A stretch of DNA of 33,493 nt from an uncultured Candidatus Saccharibacteria bacterium (GTDB taxonomy: Bacteria; Patescibacteriota; Minisyncoccia; Phycocordibacterales; UBA6899), in NCBI GenBank assembly GCA_964409985.1, contig CAYPEZ010000004.1:1-33493 (forward strand), read 5' to 3'. Shown in pieces: positions 24,211-32,476 of the stretch. Position numbers and translations under genes: made by a program. A model generated the notes under the pieces. The model had not been told where the DNA came from and did no database searches. It saw only the letters and a program-made list of their open reading frames with translations. Numbering within the stretch: position 1 is the first letter of the stretch; each line of letters starts with the position of its first letter.

Positions 24211-24423
24211 AGGAGCATCCTAGCACATACGTACGAGATATTGGAGACGCCCACGATAGTACATTAGAATATAATTTTACAATATGTCAAAAATGCCTCA
24301 TTTACAATCCAGCTCTTTGTAGGGCCGATTTCTGACCATTGTTTTGACATTTGTTCAAATTGGTATTGTTGTTTTCTTTTGAGTACACAAATCAATTATA
24401 ATAGTCTCACGGTTGTATGGGTG

Positions 24424-24439
24424 CTCAGCGATCGCTGAG
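24424..24439. repeat. perfect 16-bp palindrome flanked by 10-nt direct repeats
   Basis: CTCAGCGATCGCTGAG lies at 24424-24439. It is bracketed by GTTGTATGGG (24412-24421) and GTTGTACGGG (24443-24452). A TATAAT sits upstream at 24397-24402. Confidence 0.8.
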
Positions 24440-24663
24440 ATAGTTGTACGGGTAACTTACTTAGGCTTATTTCACAATTTGATCACCAGGATTCCACCGT
24501 TTTATATTCTCAAAACGGTCGGAGGACATTTCTTCCCCTCTACGGCAACGCTGTTGCGCGTTTTCGTGTTTTCTGGACGATTCTTGCCTTCTTCGTCCCA
24601 ATTTCTATTGCTTCAGCTGGAGTCCTTTCTTTCCTTGAGCACATTGCTGGCGCTGGAGTAAAG

Positions 24664-25560
24664 GTGTTTAGTCGTGTCACAACTTCTCAAAACACCCCAC
24701 TTCTTTCTGCTGTGGGAGGACCTGATACAGAACAGTCGCTCACGTACGAGCTCCCTATTGTTGAAGGAGAGGCTCTTTCCGCAGATGCAGGTCCTATTGG
24801 AACAATAGTTAATGTGGAGGAGGGTAATGCTAAGGGAATGATTAGTGCCTACGTGGTTCGAGAGGGCGACTCTCTTTCTCGTATAGCGCAAATGTTTGAT
24901 GTGTCCGTCAATACGATTCTTTGGGCAAACGGACTCACTCGCAATACTCCTCTTAAGGTTGGATCGGAACTTGTGATCCTCCCCGTCTCTGGGGTGAAAC
25001 ATTCTGTCAAAAAGGGAGACACACTTTCCTCTATTGCGAAGGCATATAAAGCTGATGCTGAGGATATTGCCCATTTCAATGGTATAGAAGACGACGCTCT
25101 TCCCGAAATCGGCGAAGTGATCATTGTTCCTAATGGACAGATTCAAGAGAAAAAATCAACAGTTTCTGCAGGTACACGTGTTACCTCACGGCTGCGTGGG
25201 GCGAACGGCCCAGCAATTGATGGGTATTATATTCGTCCAGTCGATGGTCGAAAGACGCAGGGCCTTCACGGCTATAATGGGATCGACTTCGGTGCCTCCA
25301 TTGGCACCCCAGTCTTTGCCTCTGCTGGCGGGCAAGTCATTGTTGCTCGTTCGTATGGGTACAACGGTGGATACGGGAAATATGTCGTCATCAGCCATGA
25401 TAACGGGACACAAACCCTATATGGGCACTTGAGTGCTGTCGGTGTTTCTGTCGGCCAATCCGTCGGTCAAGGCCAATATATTGGTGATGTTGGTAACACT
25501 GGACGCTCGACTGGCCCCCACCTTCATTTTGAGGTCCGTGGAGCACAGAATCCATTTTAG
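24664..25560 (+). CDS. LysM-domain M23-family peptidoglycan metalloendopeptidase
   Basis: There are two LysM-like repeats (YVVREGDSLSRIAQMFDVSVNTILWANGL and HSVKKGDTLSSIAKAYKADAEDIAHFNGI). The M23 motifs are HGYNGIDF (HxxxD) and TGRSTGPHLHFEV (HxH). The first canonical start is the GTG at 24664, but the frame is open upstream from 24439 (see findings). Confidence 0.85.
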   Translation: MFSRVTTSQNTPLLSAVGGPDTEQSLTYELPIVEGEALSADAGPIGTIVNVEEGNAKGMISAYVVREGDSLSRIAQMFDVSVNTILWANGLTRNTPLKVGSELVILPVSGVKHSVKKGDTLSSIAKAYKADAEDIAHFNGIEDDALPEIGEVIIVPNGQIQEKKSTVSAGTRVTSRLRGANGPAIDGYYIRPVDGRKTQGLHGYNGIDFGASIGTPVFASAGGQVIVARSYGYNGGYGKYVVISHDNGTQTLYGHLSAVGVSVGQSVGQGQYIGDVGNTGRSTGPHLHFEVRGAQNPF

Positions 25561-25571
25561 ACAAAACAACG

Positions 25572-26057
25572 TTAAGAAAGTCTCCGGAGAAGATTGTCAA
25601 AAATTTTGACAATCTTTTTTTCTTGATTATGAGCCCAAAGCACAAACAATGTATTCCATGGGAATATGCCAGCAAAAGGAATCATTTCAAGTGCTGCTGT
25701 TCCAAAAAATCTGATCCATAACTTCCCCAATACTTTTAGACCAGATTTCCTCCACCACCTTCCCCTGAAATGGAACATCATCCACAGTGCGATGATGACG
25801 GCAATCATGATGGATAGAATTTTTGTGACGATAATGAGGATAATGCTAAATTCTAGATTGTCGAGAATGTCTTTAATGAGCGCTAGACAAAATACTAAAA
25901 ACGGAAAACTCGCATGCCGCGGTGCCTCGTCGGTAGCAATTGACCCATTCTCAACCACAACATCAAAACCTTCTTTCTTGAAGGCAGCAACCACTTCATC
26001 AATAGACGTCTGAATATTCCTCCTCCGAAGAGATTCTGATGTGTTCATTGTTGCCAC
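25572..26057 (-). CDS. hypothetical membrane protein
   Basis: The 161-aa product has a soluble N-terminal segment of about 45 aa followed by 3 hydrophobic helices (FPFLVFCLALI, IILIIVTKILSIMIAVIIALWMMF, FGTAALEMIPFAGIFPW). Confidence 0.55.
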   Translation of the reverse strand: MATMNTSESLRRRNIQTSIDEVVAAFKKEGFDVVVENGSIATDEAPRHASFPFLVFCLALIKDILDNLEFSIILIIVTKILSIMIAVIIALWMMFHFRGRWWRKSGLKVLGKLWIRFFGTAALEMIPFAGIFPWNTLFVLWAHNQEKKIVKIFDNLLRRLS

Positions 26058-26100
26058 AACAAATGAAAGTATACCCCCGAACGCTTATTGATGGTATGTA

Positions 26101-27630
26101 TTACTGGAGGAATCCTTCCCGAGGTCTATATGAGAGCGCTTCCAAGATGTGTGATTTTTCGATATAAGCAGATGCTTCAAGATCAGCAATTGTTCTTGCG
26201 ACGCGGATAATCCTGTGGAACGCTCGAGGTGAAAGCCCAAGTGATTTTGCTGCAGACAGAAGTGTTGTGCGCACCTCATCTTTGAGTGTAATTGACTCAA
26301 GGAGTCTTGCACTGATCTCATGGTTTGAGTGAACACGAACATGCATTTTTGCAAAACGCTCTTGTTGGATTGCTCGAGCCCTCATCACGCGTTCTCGGAA
26401 CACCGCACTAGACTCCCCTGTAGTTTTTTTGGTGAGCAGCTCGTGTGAGACTCGTGGTACTTCAATCCATAGGTCAATGCGATCCATAATTGGTCCTGAA
26501 ACCTTCCGTCTATATTTATCAAGTGATGCGGGGCTACACGTGCATGGTTTTTCTCGATCTCCTCTAAACCCGCACGGACAAGGGTTCATTGCCGCAATAA
26601 GGGTAAATCGTGCGGGAAATCGTTCGCTTCCTTTTGATCTTGCGATGTGCACCTCTCCATCTTCGAGTGGTTGTCGTAAAGATTCAATCACTCGTTTATC
26701 AAATTCTGGAAATTCATCCAAAAAGAGGACTCCTCGATGTGCCAGAGTGACTTCTCCAGGTTTTGGGATTGCTCCACCCCCCACAACAGAAACATAAGAT
26801 GAGGTATGGTGTGGTGACCGATATGGCGGCTCCATGACAGCTTTCCCTCGAAGGGTTCCAGCATAAGAATGAATGGCCGTGACTTCGAGAATATCGTTGT
26901 GTGAGAGTGGTGGAAGAATCGTCTGAAATGCTTTTGCAAGCATGGTTTTTCCTGTGCCCGGAGGTCCAAAGAACATCAAGTTGTGTCCTCCAGCGGCAGC
27001 GATAAGCAGCCCTCGTTTTGCTGTCTCCTGGCTTTTGATATCAGAAATGTCATGCTCATAGTGAGGAGTAAGTGACTCAAGAGATTTTTGTTGATAGGGT
27101 TGAATGGTGTGTTTCCCTGCGCAATGATCAAGGAGTGTCCTAAGCGATTCGATTGGGTAGATGTTCAATCCATCAACCAACCCAGCTTCTTCTGCATTCT
27201 GATAAGGAACATATAACTCAGTGATTCCACGCAATTTCGCTTCTCGTGCTATCGAAAGGATGCCACGTACGGGCCTTACAGATCCATCAAGCGCAAGCTC
27301 TCCGACAAATAATTTTCCTTTGGGATCCATCCGAATATCTCCAACAGCAAGGAGATATGAGAGAGCGATGGGAATATCAAATAGCGCTCCTTCTTTTTTG
27401 AGTTCAGCAGGAGCAAGGGCAACAGTAACTTTCTGATTTTTTTGCTTGGGGCCTTCGTAGCCCGAATTTTTTATTGCTGCACTCACCCGATCCCGAGCCT
27501 CTTCCACCGCTTTGTCTGGGAGCCCTACAATAGAAAATGAAAATAGGCCCTTTGAGGTGTCTGTTTCAACCGCAATCACGTGTGCCCCACTCATGGTGGG
27601 TTGTGCGCCCTCGACGCGTGCAAATGCCAT
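26101..27630 (-). CDS. comM: YifB/ComM-family Mg-chelatase-like AAA+ ATPase
   Basis: The 509-aa product has an N-terminal Lon-like domain (VETDTSKGLFSFSIVGLPDKAVEEARDRV), Walker A FFGPPGTGKTMLA, Walker B VLFLDEFPEF, and the Zn-motif-like NPCPCG. Confidence 0.9.
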   Translation of the reverse strand: MAFARVEGAQPTMSGAHVIAVETDTSKGLFSFSIVGLPDKAVEEARDRVSAAIKNSGYEGPKQKNQKVTVALAPAELKKEGALFDIPIALSYLLAVGDIRMDPKGKLFVGELALDGSVRPVRGILSIAREAKLRGITELYVPYQNAEEAGLVDGLNIYPIESLRTLLDHCAGKHTIQPYQQKSLESLTPHYEHDISDIKSQETAKRGLLIAAAGGHNLMFFGPPGTGKTMLAKAFQTILPPLSHNDILEVTAIHSYAGTLRGKAVMEPPYRSPHHTSSYVSVVGGGAIPKPGEVTLAHRGVLFLDEFPEFDKRVIESLRQPLEDGEVHIARSKGSERFPARFTLIAAMNPCPCGFRGDREKPCTCSPASLDKYRRKVSGPIMDRIDLWIEVPRVSHELLTKKTTGESSAVFRERVMRARAIQQERFAKMHVRVHSNHEISARLLESITLKDEVRTTLLSAAKSLGLSPRAFHRIIRVARTIADLEASAYIEKSHILEALSYRPREGFLQ

Positions 27631-27671
27631 GTATAGCCCATCCTACTGACGAAGATGTTTTGCGCAAGTTT

Positions 27672-28589
27672 CTATGTGCTTGACGGAATATGTGAAACGA
27701 TTTGCATGAATGCCTGAATATTACCAGCGATAACAAGTGTTTTTTTGTTTATCCAACCATAAACTAGCCCGACCCGCCCATTCCCGGTAGTGAATACTCT
27801 GAGGTCATATCCTTTCCAAAGCTCCGCTCTCCAGGATCCATCTTCTGGTGCTGTGACAATTTCTGCGCGCAACGGATCAACAAAAGGATAGAGATCGTAA
27901 GGAAGGTTTTTTTCCCAATCAAGAAGTCCCACAACAGAATTTTCGTAATAGGTGGTGTGGAAGATATAATATCCTTTTGTCTCACCTACATTCACAAGAC
28001 CACCCTCGTAATCTCCAGAAAGTGAACGAGAGAGTATGTCCGGAATGGTTCCTTCAATGCTTTGAAAAAATGTTTTACGAGGGAGAGGTAGTGTTGTCGT
28101 TCCTGTTTTTGCGACAAAACCCATACGGATAATTTTACCTTGAGCAATTTTTTCTTTACGTGCCACCACCCTGATTCCATTCACCAGTTCTTGTCTCGTA
28201 AACTGGGAGAGAAAAACTGTGCGAGACTCCTCTCCTTGAACGGTGAATTCTTGTACTGCCCTTTCTTTGTTGATGGATGGAAAGTATGTTCCAGCGAGTT
28301 CATACAGGAGTACGCCTAACCCCAAGAGAAGAAGGAGGCCAGCAATATAGAGTGGAATGAGCGTTGCTTGTTTTTCTTCTACCCACACTGCAGACTCACC
28401 AAGCGCTCTCCGTCGCTCTTCTTCAGCAATGGCAACATGAGTACGGGTTATTTGTTTTTTTGCGATAAGCTCCTGAACATCCGCACGATAGGTTCGCACG
28501 TGTGAGAGATGTCCTTCCCCATCTTTTTTCTTTTGGAATGCTTCGGACGCTTTGCGCGCCTCTTCACCGCTAAAAGGAACTTCTTTCAT
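27672..28589 (-). CDS. hypothetical single-pass membrane protein
   Basis: The 305-aa product has a charged N-terminus, one TM (LIPLYIAGLLLLLGLGVLLY) and an extracytoplasmic domain of about 200 aa with no motif I recognise. Confidence 0.6.
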   Translation of the reverse strand: MKEVPFSGEEARKASEAFQKKKDGEGHLSHVRTYRADVQELIAKKQITRTHVAIAEEERRRALGESAVWVEEKQATLIPLYIAGLLLLLGLGVLLYELAGTYFPSINKERAVQEFTVQGEESRTVFLSQFTRQELVNGIRVVARKEKIAQGKIIRMGFVAKTGTTTLPLPRKTFFQSIEGTIPDILSRSLSGDYEGGLVNVGETKGYYIFHTTYYENSVVGLLDWEKNLPYDLYPFVDPLRAEIVTAPEDGSWRAELWKGYDLRVFTTGNGRVGLVYGWINKKTLVIAGNIQAFMQIVSHIPSST

Positions 28590-28635
28590 GATGTGTATTC
28601 TACCTCGATGGGTTCAGACAGAGAAGCACTGTTGG

Positions 28636-30744
28636 CTAGATCTTGCCGTCCTTTTTCTTGTCAAAGAAAATCGGATCCGCACGTTTGACTGAAAGATTGA
28701 TTCGCTCTTTTTCATCAATCTCCTTTATGACGACTGGGAGTACATCACCAAGTTTAACAAGATCTGTGACTTTGTTGACGCGCACTGGTGAAAGTTCTGA
28801 GATGTGCACAAGACCTTCCGTGTTTTTTCCAATTTTTACGAATGCCCCAAAATCAAGGATGCGCGTGACTTCCCCCTCAAACCGGTCCCCAGCTTTATAT
28901 TCACGCGTCATTTCTGCGATAATATCACGTGCTTTTTCTGCGGCTCCATTTTTCCCTGTCACATAGACTGTCCCATCTTCTTCAATTTCAATTTCTGCCC
29001 CAGTTTCTTCGCGAATAGCATTAATTGTTTTTCCTCCTGGACCAATAACAAGACCAATCTGATCCTGTTTTATCTTGAGCGATACGATCTTTGGCGCATA
29101 GGGAGAAATATCTGGACGAGGAGATGCGATTGCTGCTTCCATGGTTTTTAAAATATGCAGTCTGGCGAGTCTAGCTTTCTCAAGAGCTTCTTTAAGAATT
29201 TGAAGTGGCACACCATCAACTTTGACATCCATTTGGATAGCAGTGATCCCTTTTGATGTTCCTGCAACTTTAAAATCCATATCCCCGTGATGATCCTCAG
29301 GTCCCTGAATATCGGTGAGTACCTTGTACCGTGACGGAGATTCCATCATGAGACCAGATGCAATCCCTGCAACCGGACGAGTGATGGGGACCCCAGCATC
29401 TAATAGTGCGATTGTTCCACCACAGACAGATCCCATTGAGGTCGATCCGTTTGAAGCAAATGCTTCAGAGACAATTCTGATTGTGTACGGGAAGGCTTCT
29501 TTTGTGGGAATAACAGCTCGGAGCGCTTTTTCTGCGAGGGCACCATGACCAATCATGCGGCGATTGAGCCCTCCCATGCGCCCTGTTTCTCCTGAAGAAA
29601 ATGGAGGGAAATTATAATGATGCATAAATCGTTTTTTTCCTTTCTCCTCCATTCCTTCGATGGTCAATGCCTCATTTGGCCCCCCAAGTGTAAGAACGGA
29701 GAGCACGTGGGTGCCTCCTCTGTAGAATGTTCCTGTTCCATGAAGGACTTGTGAGATACCCCCTGCTTTGGCAAACAGTGGGCGGATTTCATCAAACCCT
29801 CGTCCATCAGGTCGCTTTCCTTCGTCAATTGCCTTTTTGTGGAGTAGTGTGTTTACCGCATCATCAAAATATGCACTCGCAAGTGCGGCATCCATTTCTT
29901 CGTGTGCCTCAACTTCTTTTTCCCACTCTTCTAAGAGTGCATATTCATTTGCCCTTCCCGCTCCAGAAAAAATTGTTTCTTCAAGTCTTGGTGCTATCTT
30001 TTCTGCAAACAGTGCTTTGATGTCATCTCCTACTTCTGGGAGTGCGAGAACACGCTTCTTTTTTCCAATATCTTTGATGATGTTTTCTTGAAATGCTTGA
30101 AGAGCCGCAATCGTCTTTTGTGCTGTTTGGAGTCCTGTCGCAACCACAGCTTCATCGATTTCATTCCCACCCATCTCGATCATATTGATGTTGCCATCCT
30201 TGCCGCACACCACAAGTTCGCATGTCTCGACAGTGTTGTCAGTGGGTGCATCAAGAAAGGTTTCGAACGATCCATTGTGGTGCGCGACACGAACTGCAGA
30301 CACAGGACCATTCCAAGGAATGTTGCTTGTCGCTAGTGCAAGTGATGCTGCGTTGACCGCAAGAATATCAGGATCTTCTTTATCAATTGCAAGAACAGTG
30401 ATCACGACTTGAACATCGTGTCGAATGCGTGAATCAAAAAGAGGGCGAATGGTACGATCAATGATGCGTCCTGACAAAATCGCTTGCTCGCTCGGCTTTC
30501 CTTCACGACGAACATACTGACTTCCTAGAATTTCGCCCGCTGCATAAAAGCGCTCTTCGTAATCGACAGTAAGCGGAAAAAAATCTCCACCCTCTTTTGG
30601 GTGTTTCCCCATGACCGCAGTTGCAAGTACTGCTGTATTCCCCATTCTCAGAATGACAGATCCATGGGCCTGTTCGGCGAGATTGGTAAATTCTGCAACA
30701 AGTGTTTTTCCGCCAATCTCTAATGAGTATGTTTTTGTTTCCAT
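28636..30744 (-). CDS. pnp: polyribonucleotide nucleotidyltransferase (PNPase)
   Basis: The product has two RNase PH-like domains (GKRPDGRGFDEIRP), a KH domain (IGLVIGPGGKTINAIREETG) and an S1 domain (GDRFEGEVTRILDFGAFVKI). The likely start is the ATG at 30744 (METKTYSLEIGGK); the track ORF begins at the GTG at 30765. Confidence 0.95.
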   Translation of the reverse strand: METKTYSLEIGGKTLVAEFTNLAEQAHGSVILRMGNTAVLATAVMGKHPKEGGDFFPLTVDYEERFYAAGEILGSQYVRREGKPSEQAILSGRIIDRTIRPLFDSRIRHDVQVVITVLAIDKEDPDILAVNAASLALATSNIPWNGPVSAVRVAHHNGSFETFLDAPTDNTVETCELVVCGKDGNINMIEMGGNEIDEAVVATGLQTAQKTIAALQAFQENIIKDIGKKKRVLALPEVGDDIKALFAEKIAPRLEETIFSGAGRANEYALLEEWEKEVEAHEEMDAALASAYFDDAVNTLLHKKAIDEGKRPDGRGFDEIRPLFAKAGGISQVLHGTGTFYRGGTHVLSVLTLGGPNEALTIEGMEEKGKKRFMHHYNFPPFSSGETGRMGGLNRRMIGHGALAEKALRAVIPTKEAFPYTIRIVSEAFASNGSTSMGSVCGGTIALLDAGVPITRPVAGIASGLMMESPSRYKVLTDIQGPEDHHGDMDFKVAGTSKGITAIQMDVKVDGVPLQILKEALEKARLARLHILKTMEAAIASPRPDISPYAPKIVSLKIKQDQIGLVIGPGGKTINAIREETGAEIEIEEDGTVYVTGKNGAAEKARDIIAEMTREYKAGDRFEGEVTRILDFGAFVKIGKNTEGLVHISELSPVRVNKVTDLVKLGDVLPVVIKEIDEKERINLSVKRADPIFFDKKKDGKI

Positions 30745-30853
30745 AATGACAGATCTCTTTACCACCAGATCATAGTCTTGAAGCCCAATACTTCAATCCT
30801 ATCCATCTGTTGGTAAAAGATGGTAATGAATAATGCTTCCATCATATAGAAAA

Positions 30854-30881
30854 CAAAAGCCTCCGCAAGGGAGGCTTTTTG
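30854..30881 (-). terminator. rho-independent terminator after the NYN-domain gene
   Basis: The stem AGCCTCC (30858-30864) pairs with GGAGGCT (30870-30876). A-rich and T-rich flanks surround it, and on the minus strand the hairpin is followed by TTTTGTTTT. Confidence 0.7.
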
Positions 30882-31418
30882 CTAGCGTCTTCGTGGTCTA
30901 CGACTCGGCTCTTTTCCAAGGATATACCGTGTCGGGTCGAGTGAAAGGTCGAAAAATTCATCCGCAGATTCTTTCAATTTTGAAGATGATGATGCTCCGA
31001 ATGACGCAACCTCTACCTGTACCCCGTGTGTATATTTGAGATATTCCACCAGAGGAACAAAATCTCCATCTCCAGAAACAATGATAATTGCGTCTACTTT
31101 GTCAGCAAGGCGCACCGCATCGATTGCGAGTCCGACATCCCAGTCAGCTTTTTTTGCTCCACCTGAGAATATTTGGAGGTCTTTGATTTTTGTTTCAATC
31201 CCCATGTTCTGTAGTGCGTCAAAAAATGGATTTTCGTCACCACTCTCTGTTGCAATCACATACGCAATGGCTCGAACGAGCTGACGGCCCATGACTGCAT
31301 CTGATAAGACGTTTCCAAAATGCACTCGTGCACCATGAAGATGTTTGGCACTGTGATAAAGATTTTGTGTATCAATGAACACAGCAACACGCTGGCTCGG
31401 ATGTTTCACTATTGGCAT
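30882..31418 (-). CDS. NYN-domain (LabA/DUF88-like) protein, predicted PIN-like nuclease fold
   Basis: Motifs are VAVFIDTQNLY near the N-terminus and AIIIVSGDGDFVPLVEYL (SGDxDF), with a basic C-terminal tail (SRRPRRR). The likely start is the ATG at 31418 (MPIVKHP); the track ORF runs to 31460. Confidence 0.8.
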   Translation of the reverse strand: MPIVKHPSQRVAVFIDTQNLYHSAKHLHGARVHFGNVLSDAVMGRQLVRAIAYVIATESGDENPFFDALQNMGIETKIKDLQIFSGGAKKADWDVGLAIDAVRLADKVDAIIIVSGDGDFVPLVEYLKYTHGVQVEVASFGASSSSKLKESADEFFDLSLDPTRYILGKEPSRRPRRR

Positions 31419-31467
31419 AAAAAATTTTGCACGAGATTCAGTATAAAAAAATGAAAACACAAGTACT

Positions 31468-31497
31468 GCCGCACCCTCACTCGTGCCGAGGTGCGGC
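31468..31497 (-). terminator. GC-rich hairpin between rpsO and the NYN gene (attenuator or processing site candidate)
   Basis: GCCGCACC (31468-31475) pairs with GGTGCGGC (31490-31497) around a 14-nt loop. The T-run is not immediately adjacent on the minus strand, so terminator function is uncertain. Confidence 0.4.
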
Positions 31498-31508
31498 GTA
31501 GCTGTGTA

Positions 31509-31772
31509 TTATTTCAAACCAACTTTCTTCACAACGTCCTTAAACGACTTTGTGTTTTTCTTTTCGAGATACTTCATGTGAGCTCGGCGGTCTGCAACGA
31601 GCTTAAGAAGTCCTCGACGTGAGTGAAGATCGTTCTTGTTTTCTTTGAGGTGGCGAGTAAGTTCGTTCACTCGTTCAGTCAAAATACTGATCTGCACCTC
31701 AGGAGACCCAGTATCTTTCTCGTGGCGTGCCACTTTCTTGATGACAGCCTGCTTTTTCTTTTTCGTAAGCAT
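31509..31772 (-). CDS. rpsO: 30S ribosomal protein S15
   Basis: The 87-aa product, read from the ATG at 31772, contains GSPEVQISILTERVNELTRHLKENKNDLHSRRGLLKLVADRRAHMKYL, a canonical S15 sequence. Confidence 0.93.
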   Translation of the reverse strand: MLTKKKKQAVIKKVARHEKDTGSPEVQISILTERVNELTRHLKENKNDLHSRRGLLKLVADRRAHMKYLEKKNTKSFKDVVKKVGLK

Positions 31773-31817
31773 AAATGGAGTATAGCACAGATATGATGAA
31801 ATTGCAAGCACCTACGC

Positions 31818-32141
31818 TTATGACGCTTTCTGCGTTTCGAGGAATGCTTTTACGTGTGTGTCTCGTCCATCGTGCCAGAAATCTGGTTCATTTTCTGGGT
31901 CATCATGAATACTTACTCCGTGCGCACCGAGTCCTTCCTTGATGCCATTACGTGTGAGTCCGTCTTCATTCGATGTGCGTGAAACCAGATCAAGAACGGC
32001 GTCGGTGTGCCCTAACACCGCCCCACTTTTCTCGAGGTTTCCAATGACCGCATCAGCACTCACTGTATCGGAGGCCTCTTCAGCTTGTATTGGTTCGTAC
32101 TCTATGCCATCGTTCATAGCCTTCACCCTACTCTTTTTCAA
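31818..32141 (-). CDS. small acidic hypothetical protein
   Basis: This 107-aa ORF is strongly acidic (D/E-rich), has no TM segment, and starts 7 nt after the upstream ORF's stop. An alternative start is the ATG at 32117. I recognise no motif. Confidence 0.45.
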   Translation of the reverse strand: MKKSRVKAMNDGIEYEPIQAEEASDTVSADAVIGNLEKSGAVLGHTDAVLDLVSRTSNEDGLTRNGIKEGLGAHGVSIHDDPENEPDFWHDGRDTHVKAFLETQKAS

Positions 32142-32148
32142 TGGAAAG

Positions 32149-32421
32149 TCAAAGACCTCCAGAATTTCTTAGTTGATCTGGATGAATATCTCCTTTCTGT
32201 AAATCACCTTCCTGCAAAGTAATCCATGGACCGCCTCTTTCTTCTGCCTCTGAATATACTTCTAGTGTTTCATCCCAACTACTCCCCTCGCGCATTCCTT
32301 CTGGAATATTTGGTACATCGCCAATTGGCTCAGATTCAAATCCTTCAGGAGGCATCATCATAGAGAAAATAAGTACCTTCATCGTATCATTTGAATGGAA
32401 AGGAACAAGCGCGTAGTTCAC
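32149..32421 (-). CDS. small acidic hypothetical protein
   Basis: This 90-aa ORF starts at a GTG at 32421, with an alternative ATG at 32382 (MKVLIFSMMMPPEG). It is acidic and I recognise no motif. Confidence 0.4.
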   Translation of the reverse strand: MNYALVPFHSNDTMKVLIFSMMMPPEGFESEPIGDVPNIPEGMREGSSWDETLEVYSEAEERGGPWITLQEGDLQKGDIHPDQLRNSGGL

Positions 32422-32476
32422 ATACTCTTTTGTCGAAAGAATATGTGCCCTGCTTTTCGTTCTATATAATAGAAGG

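Noticed and set aside
24413-24661. A TTG-start 82-aa ORF lies upstream of the M23 peptidase.
   Set aside because: It has a Leu/Ser/Phe-rich nonsense-like composition and no motif. It overlaps the in-frame hydrophobic extension of the peptidase gene, which is the more plausible reading.
24211-24663. A known riboswitch (such as the c-di-AMP ydaO class often found upstream of cell-wall hydrolases) or a tRNA/ncRNA gene in the 450-nt gap.
   Set aside because: I could not find the G-rich conserved cores expected for that class, nor any cloverleaf-like arrangement. Only generic hairpins and palindromes are present. This needs an Infernal scan to be decisive.
24613-25146. A 177-aa minus-strand ORF.
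   Set aside because: It is entirely antisense to the LysM-M23 peptidase, which has clear LysM and HxxxD/HxH motifs.
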